Below, piece after piece: positions 25,640 through 38,629 of a stretch of 64,000 nt of DNA. A program made the translations under genes and the position numbers. Numbering within the stretch: position 1 is the stretch's first letter; every line of letters begins with the position of its first letter. The notes under the pieces were generated by a model, which saw nothing but the letters and a program-made list of their open reading frames with translations, was not told the origin of the DNA and ran no database searches. The stretch is from Chiloscyllium plagiosum (taxonomy: Eukaryota): assembly GCF_004010195.1 (NCBI RefSeq), contig NC_057718.1, forward strand, positions 51,417,941 to 51,481,940, read 5' to 3'.

Positions 25640-26295
25640 TGAAAAGAGTATTTCAGGACCAAGATCTCAAATCCAAGATTAATATTATGGTTTACATAGA
25701 AGCAGCAATGCCCCTGCTCCTGTGCTTCAGAGACTTGTACAGCCTATTGTGGGTATTTCAAAGAACTGGAGATGAACCACCAGTTTTACCTTCAAAATCC
25801 AGTGAGAAAAAAAATGCTCCAGCAAAATATTTTCTCTCAAGCCAGCATGTAAATGCTGTTCCCTTAAGTGTTCTTCTGCTGTGCTGGGCAATTAGTTCAA
25901 ATGGTTGACATCAGACTCCCAGAGCAACTGCTCCACTTGGTACTTTTGTAAAGACAGGAGACCCCAAAATGATAGTAGGAATGGTTTAAGGATGTCCTCA
26001 AAGTATCCCTAAAGAGGTTAAACACTCCACCAAACACACGGAGTCTCTGACTTGTGACTGACCAAAATGGAGAAGTCCAACCTACAAAGGGACCAAATGC
26101 GACAAGACACCTCATCAGTAATGGGCGGAGCTAAAGTTGAGGCAGTAGAGGGAGTGTATAAACTTCCAAACAACCCATCCATCCGTGCTCTCAAAGCACC
26201 TGCTCCACATATGACAGAGTCTGCAGATCACACATTGAATTTATCTGCCATCTCAGAACACATTGAATCAGAGTGGAAGGAAGCCAGATTCAATC
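25640..26295 (+). mobile_element. Decayed RTE-like LINE 3' fragment
   Basis: KRVFQDQDLKSKINIMVY; collinear with the RTE remnant at 46710-47500. Confidence 0.6.
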
Positions 26296-26334
26296 TCCAA
26301 GAGTGCTTCTGAAAACAAAGAGACTTTTGAAGTA

Positions 26335-26640
26335 CCTTTAGAAAAACATGAAAATACAATATTAAAAAAAGGAAACAAGACAGTCAATTTGAAAACAGTG
26401 AGAACCCACAAGCAGCAATGTGATAATGACCACACAATCACTTGATGATATTGATTGCGTGATAAATGTTGACTAGCACACCATAGAATGCTCCAGCACC
26501 TCTGTGAAATAATACTATGGATGCTTTATGTTCACCTGAGAGCTTAGGTAATTTTACATCTCACCTGTCCAAGAATTTTAAGCAATTAGCTGAGCAAACC
26601 ACAAAGGAAAGACGGCACCTCTAACAGTGTAGCATTCCTT
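26335..26640 (-). mobile_element. DeuSINE-type SINE remnant (AmnSINE1/SacSINE1-like core)
   Basis: Minus strand reads aggaatgctacactgttagaggtgccgtctttc...ctctcaggtgaacataaagcatccatagtattatttc, resembling the Deu domain as recalled from memory. Confidence 0.55.
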
Positions 26641-28098
26641 GTCCAGACATACAAATTTAAGGTGAGTTTTGGAGATTGTACAACCCAATGGAGCTGAATA
26701 CATTGCTACCAAAAGATGCAAGGAGCAGAAATGCATTGGAGGTGGAAGTCAAAAGAATGGAAGAGTTCAAGGAGGTGATGCTGTTTTTCCTGCGATTATA
26801 TAGATTTCGGGTGGAGGCACACAAAGGGTCTGAAAGCAGAGTGTAAGAATCTTGGAAAGTTGCTGAAAAACAGCTCCTCGTAAGTAAATGAACACGTGGT
26901 CAGAGAAAAATGGCATAGAAAAATAGGCTTTTGATTTCAAGGCATTAGAACTAGTACTGGAACAGGTGGAACCTGTGCAAGGACGGTAGGCGACAACTTC
27001 GCAGAACCAGGACTAACATCCCAGCAAGGAGATTTACATGAATGGTTGGGGAGGGTTTTAATCAGTTGTTAGAAAGTCAGGAACTTGAGAGAAGGTGATG
27101 AAAAGTAGAAAAGAAGTAAACAAAATTGGAATGCAGCAGGAACAAATGCCACATAAAATCACTGGAGACAAGAAAAAAAGGAAATTGGCCAGCATTGAAA
27201 ATATTATGCTTTTATAATGATCTACATGTGCTTTGTTCGGGCTTACCTTACTGAGTACACACCTAATGGAAGGACTCCTGGTACATGATCAATCTATGCA
27301 AAGCATCAGAGCCAGGTTCATGTCTATCCCAGCAGATCATATTTCAAATGCTCTGTACCTGCATTGTGCATGAGCCAGAGGATTTATGTCTGGGTAGTGG
27401 CCAGGGTTTATCTGGTGGACTCCCACACAGCAAATGTCTCCCCATCCACTACTAAATTGCCAGCAGAGACAGGAAGGGGCTGTTTGTTGGTTAATTAAAA
27501 GGCTCAACTGGGTTCCGGGTGTGTGGGATGTCTTGCACTGTTGCCATTGACAAAATGGTATGACAGTGGGAAGGCAACAACACACCAGCATCGTGCAAGC
27601 TTTCCCATCTCTTAACCCTTCTCCAAAATTCTAACAAAATTCAACCCTCCATGTCAGACTTTGCAAATACTAACTGTAGTCGTTGTAGTTCAGGAATCAA
27701 AAATAGTAGACATAGGTAAAGCAAATGTTTTGAAGGAAAATCAAAGAATTATGGGGCTAATTTTACAAATTTGCACAATCACCAGAGACCCCTTATCTGC
27801 TTTGAATGCTCGTTGGAAAATCTGCCCTTAAACTTGCATAGGACATTGAGACCACATCAAACATATGCTATATTCTTGAAATCGATATTGGAGAAATAAA
27901 GTCAAGGCGTTTCTACTTCAAACATCTCTTGTTGCTTCACTGCAGCATCTTCTGACAGGCTTCTCCTTAGTGGCTTCTCAGGCACTGGGAGTCTGCTGTG
28001 CATATAAAATTACATCTAATCCACACAGCAATGCAGCAGTCCTGGAGGGCTGAGGTAAAGTCGTATCCACAAGAATGCTGCTTTGAAGTGGATAATCC

Positions 28099-28351
28099 GA
28101 TTTCTGGATTAGTGGTGCTGGAAAAGCACAGCAGTTCAGGCAGCATCTGTGGAGCAGTAAAATCGACGTTTTGGGCAAAACCCCAGATTCCTGATGAAGG
28201 ACTTTTGCCCGAAACGTCAATTTTACTGCTCCTCGGATGCTACCTGCACTGCTGTGCTTTTCCAGCACCACTAATCCAGATTCTGGTTTCCAGCATCTGC
28301 AGTCATTGTTTTTACCTAGTTGATTTTAACCCTACTGCGAATCCTCTTGAT
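28099..28351 (+). mobile_element. Fold-back PLE mini-element with hammerhead (28191-28218)
   Basis: Inverted arms ~28103-28183 and ~28199-28280; 10-bp TSD tggataatcc at 28089-28098 and 28352-28361. Confidence 0.88.
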
Positions 28352-28680
28352 TGGATAATCCAATCCCAGGTACTCAAAAGTGAAATCAAAAAAGGGCTAG
28401 TATCTCTAAATGGTTGAGACATCTCTGTGCTGCAGAAATCTTCAGATCACCACTGCCATACTGACAGATGGATTACACATTTTATAAGTTTCTAATCCCA
28501 AAGGACATTACTGAAACAACTCTCCCTGATGTGCTGAAACCTGTGCCCTAATTGCTCCTTAATATTTACACAGTTGAATTTTGTGCCTCTTGCTTCTTAT
28601 GTTTTCCATGTCTAGTTGGATTTGCTGTCCACATGAACTACAACTGCAAAGGCTGTTGGTCAATAATGTCCATAAATTTG

Positions 28681-28870
28681 TCTGGCAGCATCTGTAGAGA
28701 GAGGAACAGAGTGAACATTTCAAGTTCAGTGCAACTATTATTCAGAACTCCTGAAATCTGGAACATTTCTGAAGAAGAGTCACACTCTACTCAAAACTCT
28801 GTTTCTCTTTCCACAGATGCTGCCAGACGTGCTGAGTTTCTCCAACGTTCTGTATGTTTGTTCCACATCC
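28681..28870 (+). mobile_element. Older-family fold-back PLE terminus
   Basis: tctggcagcatctgt...ttcagaa (28681-28747) is inverted against ttctgaagaagagtc...acagatgctgccaga (28767-28827). Confidence 0.7.
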
Positions 28871-30557
28871 TATTTAGTTTATTCAGTTCTAATGTAAGTT
28901 TTCTAATGTGGCCCATTCTTTGCAAGATTAAATAACAGTTCATTCTATAATTCTATCATAATTGCCTTTTGAACGGAACTCAATGACCCATAACAAGTAA
29001 TGTCTGGTTTTAATTGAGGAATAACTTTTGTTCATAAATTCTAGCATTGAAGTATGTCTCAGAGAGTTGTTACAAATGGAAAAAAAATTGTTACTGCTTT
29101 CTATCACTAAAATAATTACATTAATTCATAGCTGCTTTCAGTTTTAAAGTTTACATAAAAGGAAAATAACTTTTTGTTGTTACTATTAATTTATGCTGTG
29201 CATTTTGAATAAAATACATCCATTATTTACAAATTGCCATGAGAAGAAATAACAAAAACTCAGCAAAGGTTAATTGGAATATTTATGTCATACCAATATC
29301 TTTAGATGTTCCAGTTACTTTTCAATAATTGTCAGCAAATTCCTATCATATTTTGAAAATTAAGATTTAAGTCACCAAGCAAGATTCAAATTTATAAGGT
29401 TAGCTTTTTGAGAAATGCTATTTTATATCATGGACAGTTTTTAAAATATTGCGTAATGTTAAGACTATAAATATATTTGGCCTGGTACAATAACAGCCAG
29501 TTATTATGTGACCATCAACAATTCTGGCATTTGGGCCATGCCAACAATCAGCCATTTGCTCCAAAATTCATAACCATAAGGAAATCTATCGAACTTTGTG
29601 ATAAAAAACAGTGCGTGTTAAAAAAAATCAGGCTGCAATGCATGTAGGAAACTCAAATGTTTGGTTAAAATAAACACTTTTACAAAGTGTTAGAATTTTC
29701 TGCATGGCTATAACAATACGTCCCATATGTCCAATTTAAGTTAGAAGAAAAATACAAGACATATGATAGGAATCAACTCTTAATGTTGCAGCCAATACAC
29801 TGAAAATCAAGTAAAGTAATAAACGCAAATTTGGTAATAAAATTCAGACATTTTACTTCTGTATGGATGAGTGAAATTGCTATTTCTGCCACAGTTACAT
29901 CAGCTGATCATAGGTCACATGTGAAGTTGCAAATGTTAACCAACTAGCGATTGAGTAACTAACGGTGCTGTAAATCTTTTGTGTGATTGAAAGTGATTGC
30001 TCTGAAGTGAACTAATCCTGCAGCATATGACAAATTCACCCATTATTGTTTCAAAACACTATACCAGTAGATATTAGTAAAACAAATGAAACATGATTGT
30101 CATTATTCATTTTATATTTATATATTTTGAGAAAACTCTTTTAAAATATCACACTTCAATCTAGTTTTTTTCCTCTAACCTGGAATCTTGCTGTTAGCGT
30201 GAATGTGGGGTCAGTAATATTATTTATGTTACTGATTTAATAACACAAAGAATGACTTTCAAATTCCATTATATTTGCTGCTAGGTTAAATTTCTGTTAT
30301 CTAAATAAATCCAGGCTTGTATGATCAACATGGTCCATGATACTATCATAAAATCCACTTGGTTCAGTGCAGTCCTTTAGTGAAGGAAATCTACTGTCCT
30401 TCCTTTGTCTGGCTTAATAATAACTCTGGATCCACAATAGGGTGGTTCATTCTAAACTAGGAGAAAGTGAGGACTGCAGATGCTGGAGATCAGAGCTTAA
30501 AAATGTGTTGCTGGAAAAGCGCAGCAGGTCAGGCAGCAGCAAAGGAGCAGGAGAATC

Positions 30558-30585
30558 GACGTTTCGGGCATAAGCCCTTCTTCAG
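30558..30585 (-). ncRNA. Minimal hammerhead ribozyme motif
   Basis: Minus strand CTGAAGA-a-GGGC-ttat-GCCC-GAAA-c-GTC. Confidence 0.7.
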
Positions 30586-30596
30586 GACTCTGGGAG

Positions 30597-30624
30597 CTGA
30601 AGAAGGGCTTATGCCCGAAACGTC
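30597..30624 (+). ncRNA. Minimal hammerhead ribozyme motif
   Basis: CTGAAGA-a-GGGC-ttat-GCCC-GAAA-c-GTC. Confidence 0.7.
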
Positions 30625-31639
30625 GATTCTCCTGATCCTTTGATGCTGCCTGACCTGCTGCGCTTTTCCAGCAACACATTTTTAAGCTTCATTCTTAACT
30701 GCCATCTAAAGTTGGGAGCTCAATAAATCACTCAGTTGTGTTATGACATGGAAACAGACAGCCAAACTAGGTCAACCTTTCTACCTCTATATTAGCAATA
30801 CAGTAAAATTAAAACTTCAAAGACTCTAAAAATTCACTCTAATGGTTCCAAAGCAGAATTTTTGAAAAACTAATCCCAATCTTTCCGAGTAATCAATTCT
30901 TAATACTGGTTTGTTGTTTAAACAAAGAATTTAGCAATTTGCTAACAATACAATAACTTTAGTACAGTAAAGTTAAACAACAAAGTAATCTAATTGGCCT
31001 GTGCTAGAAACAAAAATTTTTTGTTTTCAACCCCATTCACACAAAAGATAAATAAGCAAACAAGCAAGCCCAAACCAGAATATTGTTGGTTTTAATGTAT
31101 GCAGGCATGGTAATGCTTCATTACCTGACAAGTTTTAAAATGAAGCAAATCACTGTAATGATCAGTGAACATCTCCACTTCTCACCTTTTGATAGAGAGA
31201 AGGTTATCAATAAAGCAGCTGAAGTTGGTTGTTTCAGGGCACCACCATGAAGAACTCCAACAGTAATTATTTTGATCGAGCAGATTGTCCTCAAACAACC
31301 ACAACCAACTTCAAATTGCACCTGGAGTATCTGTAGTCAGTGGTAAGTCTTCTTTCAGTTTCTATTGACTTCATTTTTGCTCAGCTCTTTGGTGCTACAC
31401 TTAATAAATTTCTGAATTAATGTCAAGGTCAGTCACGTCATTCCTTAAATTCATTTATTTTGCTTATGACTGGAACAAGGCAGTATTAAGATCTGGATCT
31501 TGGCAGAAACCAAACCAAATGTTGGTGATTGGATATTATGAGTAGCCCAAGATTAGAGTGGGCTGACAAGTGGCAAGGCACAATCATGCGACACAATTGT
31601 CAGGTTAAAACTGCCTCCAACAAGTCTCTAACAAGTCCA

Positions 31640-31945
31640 CCATCCTCATGACCTGTCCTACCTGCCAATCTTACTTCCTACCTAGCCGCTCCACCCTCCT
31701 CTCTGACCTATCACCTTTACCCTCACCTCCATCTACCTATTGCATTCTCAGCTACCTTCCCCTCCAGCCCCACTCCCCTTCCCATTTATCTCTCCATTCC
31801 GAGGGTCCCAGCCTCATTCCTGATGAAGGGCTTATGCCCGAAACGTCGATTTTTCTGCTCCTCGTATGCTGCCTGACCTGCTGTGCTTTTCCAGCACCAC
31901 TCTAATCTTGACTCTGATCTCCAGAATCTGCAGTCCTCACTTTCA
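31640..31945 (+). mobile_element. PLE 3' fragment with intact hammerhead motif (31820-31847), nested in an old LINE fragment (~31440-32040)
   Basis: Pyrimidine-rich UTR then CTGATGAagggcttatgcccGAAAcGTC; possible TSD tctaaca at 31627 and 31946. Confidence 0.85.
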
Positions 31946-33245
31946 TCTAACATGAGAAAGTCTAACCCTTGATATTCACTGGCATTACTAAATTCCTGAG
32001 CATAAAGTAAGTTAATGGTTACAAACACCCAAAACTGAACACTAACAGACACCTAAACACATTTGGATGAATAACTTTGAATCATATACCTGTAGTTTTC
32101 TTTCTTACATACTCTGGAATGTTAACTGATTGTGATGGAGCCCTGTATACTGAGTTTGCCTCATGGTGGTAGAATGAACATCCAAGGAGAAATTGCAACC
32201 TTGATTGAATGACTACAGAGTGAGGTTGTGAACAGAAAGTCAGAATGGGAAATTTGGTTAAGAATTTAATATGCTAAAATCTGAGAATACATAACCCTGC
32301 CCCCTTCAGAAGATTCAGCTCATCTAAAGCCCTGCTGTTCATATTCGTGCCTACTTAAATTCCATCACACCTGTACTTTCTAATTGACAATCTCTCACAG
32401 TCGTAATTCCTCAAGCTTAAAATTCATCCTTGACTTAATTTCTCTTTGCTGTAACTTCATTCATCATGAATAATTACCCTCAAACCAGACTGTCTTTATC
32501 CTCTAATTCTGTTCTCTTGTGCTCTTTCTCTTTCCTTAATGCCATCATTAGCAGCCTTGTTTTTAGTCATCCAGATCTGGCTTGCAGTATTTCTCATTGT
32601 GATAGCCCCAGTCCTTCTGTCTCTAAGACTGGCTTTAAAACAGAGCTCTGACTAACATGTTTAGATTGTTCTTTGGTTTATGTTCAGTTTTCCTCATTTC
32701 TGTTTAGAGAACCTTGGAATACATATTTTTTTCATAGTAAAGGTGATATATATATTATGACAACTGGTACAAGAAATGTTTTGGGATATTTCTGAGAGGT
32801 GTGCACAATAAGGTTTATTGGATCTAACACCACTGCAGTACGATATGGTCTGAATGCTGCAAAATACATTTGCGCTCATGATATACACCACAAATATTGG
32901 ATTCTTATTAAGTCAGGTGCCTGAAATTTATTAACCATAATAACTGCATATATTGCAATGTAATCAGTCTTACACATAATCTGGATTCTATGCTGACTGA
33001 TACTACTATATATTACATAGTTATAATTGTCTTACTGAACATACTGCACTGAGTCCATCACACTGACAGCCTGACTAAAGATGAAATGGATATCTTTATA
33101 CTGGTATATGGCATGTCTTGATGTAGTATGAAGATGTCAAAGGTATATGAGATTGCCTGTCTTATCTAAGATCTATGCAATAATGCAACAGTGATTAAGA
33201 ATTGCATAAATGCAAGTTTCTTCAGTATTTGCTGCTGTATCATTG

Positions 33246-33590
33246 GGCAGTGTGGTGGCTCAGTGGTTAGCATTGCTGCCTCACAGCAGGGCTCAATTCC
33301 AGCCTCGGGTGACTCTCTGTATGGAGTTTGCATGTTCTCCCCATGCTTGCGCAGATTTCCATGGGGTGCTCCAGATTTCTCCTATTGTCCAAAGATGTGC
33401 AGTTTAGGTAGATTGGTCATACTAAATTGCCCTGTAGTATCCAGGGATGTGCAGGCGAGATAGATTAGCCATAGTAAATGTGGAATTACAGGGAGAGGAT
33501 GGGTTCTGGGTCTGGGTGGGATGCTCTTTGGAAGGTCAGTGTAGACTTGATGGGCTGAACGGCCCCTTTCTGTGGTCAGGACTCTAAGAT
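33246..33590 (+). mobile_element. Diverged HE1-like V-SINE
   Basis: A box TGGCTCAGTGG, V core, CR1-like tail. Confidence 0.87.
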
Positions 33591-34047
33591 TGGTGGTACA
33601 ATGCTACCACCACGCTGTTCTTGTTTTGATGCAAAGAAACCGACACAAATTAACAAATTGTAGTTGAGTGTTAACTGACCTCTTGAGGCTGATTTAATGT
33701 CACATACTTGCAAGAGTTTAGAATCATTATACTATCCCGGAATTCCATGGTAATATTATGAACTTTAAAGTAAATCAAATTCATGACACTGAATACTGCC
33801 AGCAGAGGAAGGGGCTCCAAATGAGGAAGCTTGAAGCATCAGATATTGACTTGGACTCTGTAGGAATTGTCACTAGCATGCTAAAAATCTCCAATCTGGA
33901 GACAATCCAGGATATCACAGAGGAAGAACAGTTTTTGGTGTGAGAATTTGAGAGGCTTGTTAAGTGAGAGAAAAGAAGTAGGCAGACAAGGGGGAAAGGA
34001 TGTCTGTGCCGTATGTAAAGGTATACATGGAAGATGACAACAAGAAG

Positions 34048-35210
34048 AGTAGCATAGAGTACAATGGGTGAGTGAGGGAGGAGATGAAGGTGATAGGTCA
34101 GGGAGGAGAGTGTGGAGTGGATAGGTGGAAAAGGAGCTAGGCAGGTCGGACAAGTCCGGACAAGTCATGGGAACAGTGCTGAGCTGGAAGTTTGAAACTA
34201 GGATGAGGTGGGGGAAGGGGAAATGAGGAAGCTGTTGAAGTCCACATTGATGCCCTGGGGTTGAAGTGCTCCGAGGCGGAAGATGAGACGTTCTTCCTCC
34301 AGGCGTCTGGCGGTGAGGGAGCGGCGGTGNNNNNNNNNNNNNNNNNNNNNNNNNNNNNNNNNNNNNNNNNNNNNNNNNNNNNNNNNNNNNNNNNNNNNNN
34401 NNNNNNNNNNNNNNNNNNNNNNNNNNNNNNNNNNNNNNNNNNNNNNNNNNNNNNNNNNNNNNNNNNNNNNNNNNNNNNNNNNNNNNNNNNNNNNNNNNNN
34501 NNNNNNNNNNNNNNNNNNNNNNNNNNNNNNNNNNNNNNNNNNNNNNNNNNNNNNNNNNNNNNNNNNNNNNNNNNNNNNNNNNNNNNNNNNNNNNNNNNNN
34601 NNNNNNNNNNNNNNNNNNNNNNNNNNNNNNNNNNNNNNNNNNNNNNNNNNNNNNNNNNNNNNNNNNNNNNNNNNNNNNNNNGGCATCTTTAACCATGTGG
34701 GAAGGGAAATTGCGGTCTCTAAAGAAGGAGGCCATCTGGTGTGTTCTATGGTGGAACTGGTCCTCCTGGGAGCAGATACGGCAGAGGAGGAGGAATTGGG
34801 AATACGGGATGGCATTTTTGCAAAAGATAGGGTGGGAAGAGGTGTAATCCAGGTAGCTGTGGGAGTCGGTGGGTTTGTAAAAAATGTCAGTGTCAAGTCG
34901 GTCGTCACTAATGGAGATGGAGAGGTCCAGGAAGGGGAGGGAGGTGTCAGAGATGGTCCAGGTAAATTTAAGGTCAGGGTGGAATGTCCACCCTCTCCTC
35001 CCTGACCTATCACCTTCATCTCCTCCCCAACTCACCCATTGTACTCTATGCTACTCTCTCTCCATCCCCACCCTCCCCTCGCTTATCTCTCCACACTTCA
35101 GGCTCACTGCCTTTATTTCTGATGAAGGGCTTTTGCCCGAAACGTCGATTTCGCTGCTCATTGGATGCTGCCTGAACTGCTGTGCTCTTCCAGCACCACT
35201 GATCCAGAAA
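34048..35210. mobile_element. Penelope-like element with inversion: RT/EN part on minus (34048-34986), 3' terminus with hammerhead on plus (34987-35210)
   Basis: Minus ORF HPDLKFTWTISDTSLPFLDLSI...FYKPTDSHSYLDYTSSHP is a PLE RT C-terminus; RRLEEERLIFRLGALQPQGIN is the endonuclease end; hammerhead 35119-35146; ~68-nt inverted duplication 34048-34116 / 34987-35057. Confidence 0.92.
34330..34681. other. Assembly gap (N run)
   Basis: Continuous n. Confidence 1.
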
Positions 35211-36423
35211 GTGTGTAAACAGCAACTAGAGTGAGAGAAGGTACATGGAATGTCTGCCATGCTGTGGACAGTGTGGTTTTGCAGCTGCTATGTCAATATA
35301 TTGCCAGAGTGGGGCACCATTTAATTGCCAACACTTGTTTGGCTGTACAGGAGCCACTCAAAGATGTTGCGAATGAAAGGGTTTTGGTCTTCCAGCGGAT
35401 ATCTGTTGAGTGGCGAGTTGTTCAAAGATATGGTTAGAATCAGATGAAAGGAATGCTGTAGGGATGGGGGAGGTGTGAATGGGTAAACCTACAGATAAAC
35501 AATGAGAAGAAATTGATACAGCATTAAAACATGACATACTCCTTAAAAGGCAAGAGCTAAATTTGCAGATATTTTCTAGCTAACCCATTCAGAAAGATTG
35601 TTACACACCTCTGAACAAGACAGACTTGAACGTGGTCCAGAGGCAGGGATGCTACCACTACGGCATAATAGAAATAAATTTGTTGCAAATTTGTGCCTGC
35701 AAAGAATTGGCTTTCGTGTCACTATATGTAAGGGATATCAGAGAGAATAAGTTAAGTTTATAAAATGAGAATTAGATTGTTAGAAAGAGAAATCAGTGAA
35801 TTGAATATTTAAGCATCATAATGGAAACTTGCATAGGCATTTGTAGCTAGTTCAATACATAACTGAAAATATTTTTTTAGCATTTAATAATCTTTTGCTA
35901 TGAGGGCAGAGGGCATTTCTGAAAATAAACTATATTGTCCAAAATTCTCTTTTATTTTAATGGCTGCCACCAAACACAGGATAAGCCAGCTGACTAATAG
36001 CAGAAATGTTTAGCAATTGCTCAGTTCTGCAATGTGATAATCTTTGCATTGTATAAATGTGTCAGCCAAGCCAACGCAAAGAACTAATAGACAAGATGTC
36101 TACTTCAGCTCGTTCTGAACAAAGAAGGCCATAAAACCCATTACTGCTTGACTTAGTACAAATGACTCTCCAGTTATCTGTTGCAAAGAAAAACACAAAG
36201 GTGCCTGATGATGGTCATTAAAATCCATCTTGTTAGCAAGTGCCTCAAATGCAGGGCCTCAATCACATGACTGAAATTCTTGATTGTGTGAATCACCATT
36301 ATCTGTGCAGTTTTGTCTGTTTACAATGGCGAATGTGTTAGCAGTCAAAAGGTTAGCTAACCCCCACCTCTGATCATTATTGAGAACCTTTCCACTGAGT
36401 TTTGAATACAGCAATAAACCTTA

Positions 36424-36568
36424 CTTGCATAAAATAAATCAAAGAATGCCGTGATGATGAAGATATGAAACAAAAACAGAAATTGCTAGACAAACTCAGT
36501 GGCTCTGGCAGCATCTGTAGGGGGAAAACAGAAGTAACACTGTGAGTCCAGGGACTCTTCAGAACTCT
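36424..36568 (-). mobile_element. Older PLE terminal fragment
   Basis: aaacaaaaacagaaattgctagacaaactcag..tctggcagcatctgt...gactcttcagaac. Confidence 0.7.
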
Positions 36569-38174
36569 GCCGTTGTACAAATTCTGTTTGTTTTAACCCT
36601 AAAGAACTTGCTGTGTTGATTTTTAAAATGAACTTCACGAACAGGGCTTGGGGAAACACACACAGCCTATTGCTAAAACAGTAAAGAAAATAAGAAAAGA
36701 AACTAAAAAAAAACAAAAAAAAGACTTCTGTTACAGGCTGGAGAGGAGAATAGTAAAGATCATTCAATTCAAGTCACTAACTTGTCTGTGACAGCTATCA
36801 TATTTTTGTAATGCTGGATAATTGGCTCAATTTGGTTCTAGCAGTTGGAGCATGGAAGTTGTATGAAGAAGCATTATAGGTTTAAGATATTACTCATAAG
36901 TGGTGAGGAATGAACATATGTCATTAGTTCAGATATGTTAAAAGTTAAACTGTAAGACTGTCATATTTTGACTGTGACTTATGGGAAATGACTGTTATAT
37001 ATCATTCAATTTTTTCCTAATGCCATGAAAATGAAATATATTTGGAAAAGTTCACAAGCAAAAATAATTGATGTGCTCCCTTAACCAGCTCCTTTCACAT
37101 TTTACGACTTTGTAGAATTTTATAGCTCTGATAAAATACTGCTATCGTTAACTAGTAATCCACAAACTTAAAAAGTGATTTTAAACAGTCATTGTAGGAC
37201 TGAAAAGCATTTCCTAGAATCAATGGGTGGAAAATTCCGAACTATAGCATCATTTCGAAACTCAGTACATTGGAAGTGGTGTGTGCTGCTCCTGTAGCCA
37301 TAATTAGCAAGGTCTGCATGACCCTGTGATGAAAAAGACATACACACCCTGACATGATCCACAAGCAGTTGAAGTCATGTTATCAACTGGGATAGCCTGC
37401 TCACCAGATTTGTTCACCAACTTTTGTCATCACTCAACAAAGCCGCTGCAAAAGGAGTCAAGCATGAACATTACAGAAGGAAACAGGCACCTAACAGGCA
37501 GGGGAGGTCACTTTAAGTAATTTCTGTGATTGTTAAGTGTCTAGAAGCAGTGATTCTGAATTTGGCAGAAAGTCTCACTGCATCCACACAGGGAGGGTAG
37601 AGGATATGGTGGATTGTCTACACAAAGGCTTCAACAGATCTCAGGGCTGCAACTACAATGCATCTGAGTCGACAGGAGGCATTGAGGGAATAAAACAGGC
37701 TCAGAGGATGGCAGACTGTGTGATTGTCTCTGCCAATTTTGAACTAGTGCTTTTCTTGATGTATGAGCAAGGAGGAATAGGTCACTCGACCCTTCAACCA
37801 TTCAATAAGACCATTGTTGATCTGAATAGCCCACATTCCTGCTTATCCAAGATAATAGTTCACCCTTGCTTCTCAAGAACACCAGAAAGCAGTCTGCCAG
37901 CCAATCCATCCAGCAGTTAGATGTGCATGCCCGTCAGCATTTTCCTGAATGCTGTCTCATCAAATACCTCCACTAATTCCTCGGCAGCGGAACTGAGAAA
38001 TGCTTAATACTGTTAAGTGAGCCGGCATATTAACTATCCTTTCTCACCAGCAGGTCTGCAGCCCACACAATGCTTATCCTAATTTTATAATCATTGCAAA
38101 GTCACAATAAAAGTCATAGTCTGTACTGCCAGGTGCAATTACCGATCTAGTGGTGGGACCTTTTTATCAACGTT

Positions 38175-38516
38175 TAAACACATAAGATAATCAGAGAGTT
38201 AGATCGGTTGGACAGCGAGAGCCTTTTTCCTCAGATGGTAATGGCTAGCACGAGCGGGAATAGATTTTAATTGAAGGGTGATAGATATAGGACAGATGTC
38301 AGAGGTAGTTGCTTTACTCAGACAGTAGTAGAGGCGTGGAATGCTCTGCCTGAAATAGTAGGAGATTCGCCAACTTTAAGGGCATTTAAATGTTTGTTGG
38401 ATTGGCATATGGACGAGAATGGAATAGTGTAGGTTAGATGAGCTTCAGGTTGGTTTCACAGGTCAGAGCAACATCAAGGGCCGAAGGGCCTGTACTGAGC
38501 TGTAATGTTCTATGTT
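38175..38516 (+). mobile_element. CR1 3' fragment
   Basis: Closely similar to 7400-7720; gggccgaagggcctgtactg...gttctatgttc tail. Confidence 0.9.
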
Positions 38517-38629
38517 CTTGTGTTGCTGTTCTCGCTCCTCCTTTTGGAGCTTCGGTGCTAGGGCAGATTGTGTCTCCTAGATGTTTCAAAGCACGAAACT
38601 GGAACAGGAAGTCTGAGGTAGAGAACTGG

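Larger units (their letters stand above)
30459..30687 (-). mobile_element. Fold-back PLE mini-element with two divergent intact hammerhead motifs, nested in an old SINE (30190-30710)
   Basis: 92-nt inverted arms 30494-30585 and 30597-30688 with 2 mismatches; TSD ttcattct(a/t)aact at 30446-30458 and 30688-30700. Confidence 0.92.

Noticed and set aside
33881..35035. ORFs of 143-384 aa in several frames
   Set aside because: They span the second N gap and PLE sequence; not host genes.
36200..36240. ggtcattaaaatcc as an AmnSINE-like core fragment
   Set aside because: The match is too short to support.
37460..37760. Possible Harbinger Myb/SANT partner remnant
   Set aside because: Only a vague resemblance; no ordered motifs could be read.
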